Of a DNA stretch of 64,000 nt, positions 25,954 through 38,852 are shown piece after piece; position 1 is the stretch's first letter; every line of letters starts with the position of its first letter. Below the pieces are notes generated by a model. It saw nothing but the letters and a program-made list of their open reading frames with translations, was not told the DNA's origin and did no database searches. Origin of the DNA: Octopus bimaculoides (taxonomy: Eukaryota); NCBI RefSeq assembly GCF_001194135.2, contig NC_068988.1, positions 28,214,327-28,278,326 of the forward strand, given 5' to 3'. The translations under genes were made by a program, and so were the position numbers.

Positions 25954-27352
25954 TGGTGTGAGTATAGCTGTAATGTTCTCTTTTAGTTAAAAATTCATTC
26001 CAGCACTCAAAGAAGAAAAAAACAAAAAAGAAAATTGAAAGTAAAGAAAATCCATAAAAAAAACACTATATTTTAATTGGAATTATTTTTATCCCATGGA
26101 CAAAGCTATTGAAATGGGGAAAGAAAACTGAATAAACAAAAAAAATAAATATATATATATATATGAATATAGATTTGTATATTAATATATAAATATATGT
26201 ATGTGTTATGGAGAGTGGCAAAGTGTGTTGTCTTAATGTGTGTTTAGTCCCTTGATTCCTATTGTTCTGCCTCCATGCCATTTTGCTATAATGTCAGCAC
26301 TTGAACCACTATAAATGCTCCTTAGGCAACCCTCCCAACATTAAATCTGTTATATTGGTGTGCTGTGTCTGCTGACAGCTATTATTCATTCACTTCAATA
26401 TATGTTATGAATTTTTTTGTCAGTGTTTCAAAATATCCACCCCTCCCTCTTTGTTTTTTTTTTATTCCTTCTTTCTTTTCAAGACAACTAAACTTCATTC
26501 TCTTATCTTGTGACATACAACTTTGGAAGCTGTATTTAAATGTGAGCAAAATTCTTTTTAAGTGTTTGTAGTTTATTGTGCCAGTCTTAAAGCAATTCTA
26601 CATAAAATTGGTACAAATCATATAAGAATTGTAATCTTTTCTGTTATGCATTCATGGATTCTGTTGTTTCAATGAACAAAAAAAAAAGGAAAACCTCCAA
26701 AAAACTAGATTTATTTTCTGATGTAAACTTAACTCCTCAGCTCATGTTGTTGTACAGAATCAAATATTTCAGCTCACTGCCAGCTATTGACTGTGTTTTG
26801 ATGCTATCCCCAAAAGTTGCAGGATCATACATGGTAGAATGTAGCATTACTAAATTAATTTTGAAATTACTTATGGTTTTGAAAGCTGTGTTTTCCCATT
26901 TAGTACCGAGATTGGTAACAGTTGATCTTCCTGCCAAGAAGTTTACTTTCAAAATTTGGAATGTTCTAGAAAGAGTGCTGTGTGTATCTCACCAATACAA
27001 ACATGTATTTTTGTATAAGTCTCATCATAGCTTATCAGAATATGGTCGGCATTTAATTTTACAATTAATTTGATTTAAACGAGGAAACAACAGGGGTGGG
27101 GGTAGTGTGGGTTGGGTGAGTTGAACATGAAGTTTTTGATAACAAAGTTTATGAGCTTATGACCAAACAGGCATATGTCAGAAATCTAGTGGATTACTGT
27201 GCTAGCTATTAAATTATCTGAAAATACTAGAATAAACAAAAGCATCAGAAATCAAATTTAGAATATGCCTGAATGATATTGAGCCAGGGCTTGATCTTCC
27301 TGCCAAGATGTTTTACTTTCAAAGTTGAGATTGTCTCTAAAAAGCATGGCTG

Positions 27353-27389
<37 letters not shown>

Positions 27390-28340
27390 TACTGTGTAAA
27401 TCGCATTGAGGCAAATATGTATTTTTGTATAAGCTTCACCCATAGCTGATAGCAGCGATTCAGTCAGCATTAAATTCATTTAGTGAAGGAATTATTAATG
27501 AGGGATTAAGTGGGGAAATAGGATGTCCCTTTAGTCTGGAGTTGTTTGATCCCAACCTTACATTTGTAATCAGCTGAGAGGTTTGATGAAAGTTGTTGAA
27601 GCCTCTGTGGTCATTACGTTTATCTTCTCTCCCTCCCCTTCCTCCTCCTCCTCCTCCTCCTCCTAACTGGTTTATTGTATAAAGTGTACATACCTGCATT
27701 GGACACCAACACAACCATCAAAATAAAAATTGTTTCTGCAAAATTCTTGTTTCTGTTATATTTTTTATCAACTTGCTCCTGAAGAGTTCTGAAAAATCCC
27801 TTCCAATATAGCAGTAACGAAGCCATTTTTTTTTCTTTTTCGTTTAGCTGGAGAGGAAGTAGTAGTGGCCTTTAGATGTCCTTAATTCTGATTACATAAT
27901 GAGCTAGAAGTATCATTACTACACCAGACAATGCTTAGTACCATTTCTTTCAGCCCTTTACATCCAGAGTTCAAATTTCACTGAAGTGGACCTTGCCTTG
28001 GGGGTTGATAAAATAAAGTACCAGTTGAACACTTGGGTTGATGAAATCAACTTAATTCACTCCGTTAAAATTGCTGGCCTTGTGCTAAAATTTGAAACCA
28101 TTATGTCTGACATCCTGCTTGGACTTTTATGGTCGGAGAAGAAACTGGTCAGAGACTGAGTTGTAAAAGAAGGATTTTGGCAAAGGATTGGTGGCAGGGA
28201 AAGCATTCTGCCTTAGAAAAAGTGACCATCACATGCTGATATAGAAAAAGCAGGCATAAAATGCTGGTGTAATTTTAGGCCTGAAAAAGTGAGGCAAGAA
28301 GGTAACAAGAGAAAGAGATGACAGCATCAAATAAGTTTAA

Positions 28341-28551
28341 CCCTTTTGATACCAACCTTCCTGAGACCATCCCTGGTCTTCTGAAATAAACTTTCCCCCT
28401 CTTTGAATTTAAACCTTCCATCAAAATTTCATATTCATGTTCCAAACACTAGCTTAACAATGACAAAGTTATTTCAGGAAATTCTTCATTATTATCAAAA
28501 CTAATCAACACAATGGTAGTGTATTTTAACAGAAATACGGTAACAAAAAGG
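28341..28551. mobile_element. piggyBac-type MITE, same family as 8195, opposite orientation
   Basis: TTAA at 28337-40 and 28552-55. Internal sequence matches the reverse complement of 8195..8390. Confidence 0.7.
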
Positions 28552-29202
28552 TTAAATAGAACTAACACAGTTGGCAATTCCAAAGAAGCAGGGACTAATA
28601 TTAGAAAAGAGATGTAAGCTTTATGTCCACTATTTAACTTCTGGTCAGCATAGATTTATGATCAAAAGCATTGCCTCATGTTGGAATATATTATCTACTA
28701 AAGTTATGTTCTTTCCTTCCCTAGTATGGTAGGTTGTGATTTGAAGGGGATTTCATTTGCTATTTCTAGCAGGATAAGGCAGCACAAGACGTTCCATTGT
28801 AGTAGGTTCTGTGATTGTTGGGAAGATGGGTTTTTTTTCATAAATTGAAAAAGAATAACATTTAATTTTATGAAAACACTTGCTGTATCTATTAATATAA
28901 TTGTTAAAACCAGTTTTGTTTTTGTTTAAATTTTAAGTGCACCATCATTAATTTGGGATTTATCTTCAGTGTTTCACCTGGTTGTTGATAACTGTTTACA
29001 ACTCAAATATTATAAGAAAAAAAAACAAAGAAAAAAGGCAGCAATGCACAGCAAACGAGACGAAAGATATAGAAATATTGATATTGCATTGAGGAACTTT
29101 ACTGTTCTAAACAAACTGCAAGGAACTCAAAGAGAAAAATAATGATGCATTCATTGCTTTGCTGGAAAACTTTATTATACAAACCTGAGGAGGGGAGAAT
29201 GA

Positions 29203-29255
<53 letters not shown>

Positions 29256-32200
29256 CACACAAACATACACATACATACAGACCACACACAGTTGTAGACA
29301 TACATATCTCAGACCATTGAAAGAATGACAGTTATTGTTAGTAAGAGAGCAACATTTGACAGTTTAATAAGATGGGACTGCTACTCTCAGCAAAGTCTCT
29401 ACAGAGTGTTAAAGCCATTCTGTCTGACCAGGTCACACAATGGACAAACAATATTAACAAGTGGATGGAAAATAATAACCCAATCAAAACAGACATCTTG
29501 AAAATGAATAGAGATGAATAAAGTTTTGTGGAAGTAAATAAAAAATAAAAAAGGCTCAAAAAAGAAATCGATGATTGATGAATTACAGAGATTAGTTTGA
29601 ATTGATGAGGTGAATCAAACTATATTCCACTTTGACTGGGTTGTCACCGGACCAGTTAGCTGGAGACGTTTTTGGAAAAAAGGTTTAAGTTTCAAGTCAC
29701 TTCTTGGCTGTTTCTGTTTAACAGCCACTGAAAGTAACTATCGTCGCAGATTGATAAGAGGACATTTGTTTTTTTTTATACAATAACATCTGACACTGAA
29801 ATATACTTGCTCTGTTTTCATTGAAAAAAAAAATACATATTGAATTTTTATTAAGAAGTATTTCATTTTAGCAACACATTTTGTGCTTTGTCGGAATCAA
29901 AAACAATTTTTAAAGTGTGAAAAAAAAAAAAAAAATAGATGGGGGAGAGAATTGGTTCTGGGGATAATTAAAGAATTAAGAATCTGGTCCTAATTATCAT
30001 CCATTGTTTTGAGAGAAAGAAACAAAAACTTACCTTTGGCCAGACAGATTTTTTTAATGTAAAATGAAGAACAGTAGGACACCAACACCACACAAAGAAA
30101 GGCCAGAAGTTAATAGATTATTAAACTGAGTGGGGGACCAGTGTAAATGTAATTTCAATATTATTTATAAGAGGGTAATTTAGAATCACTAAAGTTAATA
30201 TCTGTACAGCAGCAACACTGGCGAAAACGATAAAAATAAATAGACTTGAAGGAATGTAATTCTAGCAAACTCTAGGAGCTGAAATAATTCTGAATATTCT
30301 TTTCTGATGTATTTCTAGCAATAGTTATTTTGTGCTGAGTTAAGAAAAGGACACAGAAAGCACTTTTCAGAAAGAATGGTTTATAACATATGGTAATAAT
30401 AGAATTATTAGTTATTATTATAACAATAACAAATTTGGTGGATTTGGGTTGGAGAAGACAAAAAGAAGACAGCAACCAACAAATTAATCAGAAATATTCT
30501 GAGCATTGAATCACCTTTCCTTTCATTTGGAAAGATTAAATGAGAATTTAAATAGAAATATTAGTTGAATATTTGAAAAGAAAATACCTTTCATGAAGCC
30601 AGTAAAATTATTTGTCAAAGAGGTTAAATGTTCATCCTTTCTTCAACTGAAGCAACAGTTCAAAGGATGGGTGATTATCCCTTATTCTGGATATCCTTAA
30701 GTAGATGAAAGATAAAGCTTCCCCTTGCTTAATATTTAGTCTATTACAGGTTAACTTTTACCCAGGCAGGCTAGAGACTCGTTTTTCAGCTAAATAGACT
30801 GAAACAAGAGTTAAATAACTTGCCCAAGAACATACAATGTCACCAGAACATCATTAATAGATGACCCAAATGTGAAGCGTTTATGATACAAACACAAGTC
30901 TGTATTCAATCACTTTCCTTTGTACCTCTCTTACCACTGATTATCAAGCTGTTAAAACAAAATTAAACTTAATTATTCATCATTTCAAGTGATGGATTTT
31001 GATTTTCAATCGTGAAACCACGATAATCTTTAAAATGCAATATCTTAAAATTGATAATCAATAATTAAAAATCAAAATAGGACATATTTTTGACCCAATG
31101 TTTAATGAGACAGCAAAGCTGATTGGCTGCTAGGCATTCAGTAAGGTAGTGAATTATTGAATTATAAGCTGTTGATTCGATGCAGCTAATAATAGCAGCT
31201 GTTTCATAACATTTTCAAAGACTGCCACTAGTATATGTATTAGTGACCGCTCAGTCTGTTCACTGAACCAGTTCATTCTAACACTTTTTATCTTCAAAGA
31301 TATATTGAATGTTGACTGGTACACCAACACTACATTCCTCTCAACTTGAATGCTTTTTTTTTGTTTGTAATATTTTGTTAATACTGATCCTGTCAATATC
31401 AAGAAGGAAGTTAAAATAAACATGTATAATTAAGAGCAATCACTGAATTACCTTTGAAGAAGTTGTAAAATTTGTGTAACTGAGTCTACATCACAGAAAG
31501 AAGTAAAATAATCGTAGCCTACTAACACTAAGTGATACCAAATAGAAATTCTGAAACAGATTTTAAAAGAAAAGCCTAAATATGAGAGGATGATTAAAGA
31601 ATTCTCAAATAGAAAAGAAGTACCTGGTTCTCAATATACAAGGAGGAAGGAAAAAAAAAAACTCTAAAACATTGTTCATTATATATAAGAATATATTATT
31701 GCCTGAATTCCCAAATTACTTTCAAGCAAAACTTATATAATTTAGTTAAAATGGTATTACACAAAGTAGAGAGTGGTCAATACTTGTAGTCTCAAGTATG
31801 TACAAAATTATCTGTATGTGTGTGTGTGCATGCATATTAAGATATAAAATTTCACATCTTCGTTACTTGATTGATTAGCTGAAGATCATTCTTAGCCTCT
31901 CATAAAACTTGAATAATGGAGCTGTGAAGTTTTAAATCTCAACTATATATATATATATATACGCACACACACACACGTACATACACATATATGCATATAT
32001 ATATACACACACATACATATGCACATGTGTGTGTGTATGCAAGATGGAATTTAGAAGTTTGTTTTATAGCTTGATTATGGAAGAGGCCAAAGATTCAACG
32101 TTCTGTTCACACATTGTTCCATAAAACATATTTAGCATATTTAAATACATCAGGTTATGAAATTGATTAGAAACATTACAAACATTAATGCTGAATGGCT

Positions 32201-32918
32201 GTTACACGCTAACCACAAAACCATAGAGACATTAAAAATTCCCAGTAAGTTTCATAGAAATATAACTCCCAAACAACCAGCATATGTGGTGCAGTTCTTG
32301 AAAGACATCTCAGATTATACTGCAAGCCTGCCTGTAACAACATATCCGCAGATTAATACATCTCAACTGTGATACTTAAAATGCTGTCGATTCCAAAAGC
32401 ATTCCATGACAAAACAGCAGAACGAAACCTGGGGAAACATTAGATGTGTTTGAACCAGAAGGAATTCTTCAGATATAGCTTATTTCAGTATAATATGCTG
32501 ATCTCATTATGGCATTAAAGAAAAGCAACTACAACTGGAGGCTTATTATTGTAACAGTCAAAATTTGTGACAAAACAATTTTCAAGAATTAAAAAAAAAA
32601 AAAAAAAAAATTTCAAGGACAAAATATAATACATCTGAAAGTTGACAAAATCTGTTTCAACTGTTTTGACTGTGACTTCCTCTCAGTTTGCTGCCTGCCA
32701 CTTCATTGAGGGGGGGAGACAATTGCTCCAAGACAATCCATATGTACAAATGGTACCGAGAGTCAGGTACTTTAATTGGTGTCAGAGGCGAATGCTTTCA
32801 CTGGGGAAATAAACAACAACGAAACACACCATTAATATTATAATCCAATACAAAGAAATGCAACACAAAAACAAACAAACAAATAAAAAAGGAAAACAAG
32901 AAATGAATTTAATATGTG

Positions 32919-33064
32919 ATATCGACCCCAGGACTTATTCTTTGTAAGCCTAGAACTTATTCTATCGATCACTTTTGCCGAACCACTAAGTTACGGGGAC
33001 GTAAACACACCAGCATCGGTTGTCAAGCAATGTTGGGGGGACAAACACAGACACACAAGCATAT

Positions 33065-33106
<42 letters not shown>

Positions 33107-33268
33107 GACGGGCTTCTTTCAGTTTACGTCTACCAAATCCACTCACAAGGCTTTGGTCGGCCTGAGGCTATAGTAGAAGACACTTGCCCAAGGTGCCACG
33201 CAGTGGGACTGAACCCGGAACCATGTGGTTTGTAAGCAAGCTACTTACCACACAGCCACTCCTACGCC
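32919..33268 (-). mobile_element. SINE family A copy
   Basis: Reverse complement closely matches 46519..46870. Confidence 0.85.
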
Positions 33269-34127
33269 TATATAAAGTTATTTACAGAGATGTACTTGCA
33301 TAGCAAGTAACTTGATCTAAGATCATGTGCTGAAACAAAAACAATTGCAGTGTGGAAGGTATTTATAAGCCATTTAAAAACACATAAAAAAACCGTTAGA
33401 TTCACTTCAACATTTAAATTTAATTTGTGTCAAAATATTTTCGTTGCTTTGAAACCATGACCTGCTCACTGACACTGCAGCACGAAATTTTGTCAGTGAA
33501 CAGGTCGTGGTTGGAAAACGACGAAAATATTTTGACACAAATTAAATTCAAATGTTGAAGTGAATCTATAAAGTTATTTATTTATTTATAAATTAAGTGT
33601 GGATACATAGAGAAAAGGAAAATGAAAATAGAATCAAGACATCCATTGTGGTTCAACCATCTCTTTGTTCAAATGTTGATCAATATATATAACTTAACTT
33701 AAGGGAAATGGTATGAATTTAGATACATAAAAAGCGTAGTGAATGTCGCGTGAAAAACTTCTTTAATTGAAATTATTTTTAATGACCACCAAAGGAAAGG
33801 AAATAATTTTCAAGAATTACTTTCTCTAATTCAATCTAGAAGCTATGGAAAAGCCTGATCTTTGTAAGCAAGGGACAATCTATGGATATGCTTTGGTCTA
33901 CAAGACCTCATAGTTATAACCTCAAATACTTGAAGCAAAGATTTTTACACAGAAAAAAAAAGAATAAGTATAATTTTTAGCCAGTGTAATTTGCATAATT
34001 ATAAAATAAAAAGAATGAGTAAAGGGAAGTAACTCCTAATTATTTGACAACATCTTTTAATTACACAATTCAAAACTGACTGAAACTCATTCAGAAAACC
34101 TTTTCTCTCTTAGAATAATCTTTGTCA

Positions 34128-34194
34128 CTAATTGATTAAACAAGCTTGAATAGACTGATGAAGTTTAGTAGACTGAAACATGCTCCTAGATATC
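34128..34194 (-). CDS. Best candidate terminal exon (ISRSMFQSTKLHQSIQACLIN*)
   Basis: Strong acceptor TTTTTTTTACTTGCAG|G, phase 2, 21 open codons to TAG. Alternatives exist at 34992 and 31389. Confidence 0.45.
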
Positions 34195-35086
34195 CTGCAA
34201 GTAAAAAAAAAAGAGACTAGACTTTGCCTCATCATGTAAATTATCTTTGAGAGTCACTAACAACAGCCAGGATTTTGTCTTATTTTCTACAAAAAGGAAA
34301 TTTTCATTTCCTGATTTCACAGCAAGTTCTGTGAAAGCAATGTGTGCTGTAATATTACAGAGTAATTTATAATGTTGCAGAATAATTCACTAAGTGACTG
34401 ACTAAACGATTGATGGAAGGGGTAGGAGGTGATGGTGCCTTTAGCCAAAAAAGTCTACCAGTTAAGAAGGACAATAAGGTAAGCAGGTGGGGAGTCTATA
34501 ATAGCAAGGTAAACAAAGAGAGATTATGTTTCTCAGCAGGAGAGAGGTTAAGTCAAGGGAGATAATAGGAGAGCCCTCTGATATGTAAGCTATCTTTAAC
34601 ATTCACCTACCGACATGGATAAAGAACATTCTTGATAAAAAATGCAAACAATCACCCATACACATAGTTTTTACCTATTATTTCCCTTGACTAAGCTCTC
34701 CTCTGCTGAGAAACATAACTCTCCTACTTTGCTTACTTTCACATTTCATCATACTCACTTGCATACTCTCTTACTCATTGTCTCCCTTGACTGATAAACC
34801 TGCTTTTTGGCTGAAAAAAGCATTCCCTCTTATTAGTTTCTGTTTTCTATTCATGCATCCACCATGCTGCTAATGCTGTTAATATTGCCTTCATGCAACT
34901 GTCTTCTGTAGTTTTCCAGTTACAGGGATCATTGTCTTAAATTCTCAACTCTTCTTTGTTTCTTCCTTACAGTGTAAAACTAATTTTTGTTCCTGAAAAT
35001 TACTTTTGATATTTTCTGAGACCAGCTTCCTGTTTTCTAAAACAAACTTAGTTTCTTAGTAAGGATGTCTGATTATTGATTCTTAC

Positions 35087-35253
35087 CTTAAAAGTGCTAC
35101 TTGCTCTTCAATCTCTACCTCATTGCTGTCATTTTTTACTCTAGTTTTTCTACACGAGAATTGGTCCAAAATATCAGCACCTGAATTGCACAGGGGCTCA
35201 GAAGTTTCTTTGCTTGGAACAGACATACCTAAAGCTTGTTTAATACTGGAAAC
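35087..35253 (-). CDS. CAP-Gly-domain protein exon after the domain (VSSIKQALGMS...EIEEQVALL)
   Basis: TTTTTGTTTTTAG|GTT acceptor and AG|GTAAGA donor. 55 open codons, phase 0 to 2. Confidence 0.8.
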
Positions 35254-35744
35254 CTAAAAACAAAAAATTAACATTGTGTTTACAATTAATGGAAAAATGA
35301 CAGAGTAAGAAGAATGATAGAATGACATTTTTACAGAGGGAATTAGTGTAATTAGTACATTTGATAGTAATTGAACTCATGAAGCTATTTCAAACTGTAC
35401 TTTCATTGCATATAAAGAAATTTAAGAACATATATGTCTTAGGTACTTAGGTAGATCTGTCTTTCTGTGTGCACGTGTGTGTGTGTGTGTGTGTGTATCA
35501 TCATTTTAATGTTCACTTTTCATGCTTGCATCAGTGAAATGGAGTTTTTTGAGGTAGATTTTCTACAGACAGATTCTCTTCCTGTTTGCCAATCATCACC
35601 TGTCTCCAAGCAACGTAATATTTCCCCATAGTCTGATATGTTTTTGCTGAATATTGCCAGACATGTTTCTCACAAAAGACTGAAAACAAACAACATTGCT
35701 TGTATGATGGTGATGCTTGTTTACAATCATTGCAAGATGCCAAG

Positions 35745-35905
35745 ACAAGAGTTCACACACACACACTAGGCTTCTTTCAGTTTCCATCTACCAAATCTAC
35801 TCACAAAACTTTGGTTGGTCCAAGGCTATAGTAAAAGACACTTGTCCAAGGTGCTACACAGTGGGACTGAACTTGAGACCACATGGTGGGAAACAAACTA
35901 CCCAA
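35745..35905 (-). mobile_element. SINE family A, 5' half
   Basis: CTATAGTAAAAGACACTTGTCCAAGGTGC...GGGACTGAAC. Confidence 0.7.
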
Positions 35906-36382
35906 CCATCTGGGAATGCTTCACATATGTGTTTGGAAGAGGTGTAACAGGGCATTATTGACAAACTGTCTTTATAATTTCTCCCCACCCCTCTCACTTT
36001 ATCTCTTTCTCTCTCTTAGCTGAGAGAACCTTGTTTTGTGAGCTTGTGCCACATAAAAAACAGCTATGCTGGTGCCATGTAAAAAAGCACCTGGTACACT
36101 CTGTAAAGTGGTTGGCATGAGGAAGAGCATTCAGCTGTAGAAACCATGCCAAAACAGGCAATGAAACCTGGCACAGCTCCTGGCCTTGCCAGCCCCTGTC
36201 AAACTGCTCAACCCATGCCAATATGGAAACCGTTGTTTGATGATGATGATGATGATGATATACAATGGGTCCATAATTGAGAGGCACCTAGGGAAAGGAG
36301 TGAAAACAATGAGTAAATGAAAGAAAACAGTCGAAAGAAAGAGGAATATAACAGCAGCAGCAGCTACCTTGTGATAAATTAC

Positions 36383-36486
36383 CTTTTTAACCAAGCAAAC
36401 AACCTCATTGAAGGTGACAAACATACCATAATCTTTTAGACATTCAAAGTATCTTTTTCCACTGAAAAAGCCGTCGTTGACCCCAA
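36383..36486 (-). CDS. CAP-Gly domain, C-terminal half (VGVNDGFFSGKRYFECLKDYGMFVTFNEVVCLVKK)
   Basis: TTTTTTCCAG|TT acceptor, phase 1. Matches the CAP-Gly signature GxNDG...G.RYF.C....G.FV. Donor AAG|GTAATT is phase 0; an alternative phase-0 donor ends the exon at 36368. Confidence 0.9.
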
Positions 36487-36879
36487 CTGGAAAAAAAGAG
36501 AAAGAATTTGGGGGACATTGAACAGAATGAAATTCAAAATATATTGGTAGAGAATTTACTTTATGAACTGATATGCTTCTACTGGTTTCTATTTCCCATG
36601 CTGGAGCACTGCCTCCACAGATTTCTCTTCTTTTTCAATCAGTTATATTGCTCTCAGTACTTTTTCTCATATATATTTTTCCCATCCTTATATATACTAA
36701 ATGGTTAAGTTTACCCGAGCTTCATTCTTTTGCGGTGTTATCACTTTTGTATGAACTACATGTCATTTAAAATGACACAAACATATATGTGCATGCGCAC
36801 ACACACACACTGATGTTCCACAAACACTGCTATGTGGTCGTGAAGCAGGTTTTAATCTGACTGCCATGCCTGCACCCAA

Positions 36880-36911
<32 letters not shown>

Positions 36912-36961
36912 AACTAGTCTTTTGAGAGTGGAGAAGGGTTAGAAAAGAGCAAAGCTTTTAC

Positions 36962-37098
36962 CTGGGGCATCAAGTTCCAAACCAATAAACACTGTATTTG
37001 CTGAATCCATCTTATCAAGATGACCAATGTAACGGATATGTCCTGTCCGGTTTCCACGTACCATAATATGGTCATTTAATCGGACATGTAGCGTTGGA
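36962..37098 (-). CDS. CAP-Gly domain, N-terminal half (PTLHVRLNDHIMVRGNRTGHIRYIGHLDKMDSANTVFIGLELDAP)
   Basis: Poly-T acceptor TTTTTCAG|T and donor G|GTAAAA, phase 2 to 1. Fits the CAP-Gly pattern G.vryiG...vGveLd.p. Confidence 0.9.
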
Positions 37099-37980
37099 CT
37101 GAAAAAAAAAAGAAAAAAGAAAAAAATTTAAATAATTTGAAAGAGCCATTTATATATCTTATTTAATGTAAATACATCCTGATAGGCAAAATTGCTGCAG
37201 TATTTGTGCAGAAATAACATCTTTTATGAATGTACTGTCTGTATAAACATAATATATGATGGAGGCAGACACAAATCATTTCAGCAGCAGCAAACAACAA
37301 TGTTAGATGTATTTTGGCCCCACAATACTAGTGAATGTTTTTTCACTGTTTTCCTATATATCAGAGGCAACAAATCTCATTTTAGCATGCAGCTGGCTGC
37401 GAGTACATGCCATTAACAAAGCTCACTGTGGCCAAAAATGCATTTGGCGTCCTAGCTACTGCTTGGTCAATTTTCGTCTCCCTCCATATGTATTGTTTTT
37501 AAACAAAATACATCCATAACATGTTATTTCTGGAAAAATACTGCAGTGAATTTGCCTTTCAATGGCGTATATACATTAAGTATGATATACAGATGGAAAT
37601 TTTAATTTAATACTGTTTCTATGGCATATAATGGATAAAATATTCTATTTTCATAGAATTCATTGGAAAATGTCACACCTGGTGTTGTGAAATGCCAAAA
37701 ATAGACAAGAGAAAAAAAAAAACTAATTATATTTTTTGGACTTTTTCATTTCAAGATTTTCATAGAATAACATAAAGAGGAGAATAAATTAAAACTTCAA
37801 CAATAAAACTATTCAAAAATGATTCTGTTTATAGAATGAGTTTCCAATTGCATTCAGCATCAAGAGACTGGTTTACAATAATTGTAATGGGTGAGAAAAT
37901 AATGGATAATTGAAGTCAGAACCANNNNNNNNNNTCTTCTTCTTCTTATTATTATTCAATACATTTGTCATGAACCTTAC

Positions 37981-38145
37981 CTCACAGGGTAGGACCGAAT
38001 CAGTTGATCTGTTGTAGGCAATCTTCCATCAGAACCAGCAGTTGCAACTGCCTGCATACAGGACTCACATTTACATAATGGCAAAGGACAAGCAAATGGA
38101 TTCCGCACTGGTTTCTTAGGAACAGCAGGGCAAACTTTTCGAGAT
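37981..38145 (-). CDS. CAP-Gly-domain protein exon (SRKVCPAVPKKPVRNPFACPLPLCKCESCMQ...RSYPV)
   Basis: TTTTGTATTTTAG|A acceptor and AG|GTAAGG donor, phase 2 to 2, open. Confidence 0.85.
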
Positions 38146-38610
38146 CTAAAATACAAAAAAAAAAAAACAACTGAAAAATAAGTAAAAGATGCAAGCCTGT
38201 CTGTAGGTTACCTCCCTTCGGAATACAGTCTTTTTTTTAGCAACATTGCCACTTATTCATGGTGCTAGGATATCATTTTAAAACTGGGTTTTTAACACGT
38301 TAACTGCCATGGCCTGTTACTGGAACCTTCCAGTGTCACCCCGGGGGAGGGGGTGTCGATGTAATCGACTTGTACCCTCCCCAAAATGGCTGCCCTTGTG
38401 ACAAAATTATTATTACTATTATTATTATTATTATTGAGTGAGAGAGCAGTGCATGCCATCAAAGTGACACTGGGGTAAAATATACAAAGCCCAATATACC
38501 CATCATGACTACCCGTCTGATAAGGGTACACCAGGAACATGCATCACAACCATTACTATTATTATTATTATTATCATTATTTATTATCTCTTTTAAGATT
38601 TATCACTTAC

Positions 38611-38852
38611 CCATTTACCAAACTTGGGGTGGAAGTCAAATCTTGCTGAGATTGCAAAGGAGAGCACTGACGTCCGAAAATCTTCACTTGTTCTTTTACT
38701 CTTCCTTTGACAATCATCACATCAGGCTCCTCCTGAGAATCTTTGATGGGAACTGACACACTGGGAATGGGTTGTACAATTTGGACAGCAGCTGGCAGTG
38801 GTGAGGTGATAAATGAAGGCTGCTCTGCTGGTTGAGATGAGAGTTGATTCGT
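38611..38852 (-). CDS. CAP-Gly-domain protein exon (TNQLSSQPAEQPS...DLTSTPSLVNG)
   Basis: CTCCCTCCAG|ACG acceptor and GG|GTAAGT donor. 80 open codons, phase 0 to 2. The other two frames contain stops. Confidence 0.85.

Noticed and set aside
26654-27073. 139-aa + strand ORF downstream of Sp
   Set aside because: AT-rich UTR-like sequence with no recognisable motif or splice context.
35531-35787. Exon-like ORFs with a TTTTCAG acceptor
   Set aside because: The sequence is a diverged family B variant on the - strand.
37499-37529. Possible terminal exon RNNMLWMYFV* (PDZ-like end) for the - strand gene
   Set aside because: The exon at 37098 is also phase 2, has a stronger acceptor and continues into a clear CAP-Gly domain. 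At most this is a minor alternative end.
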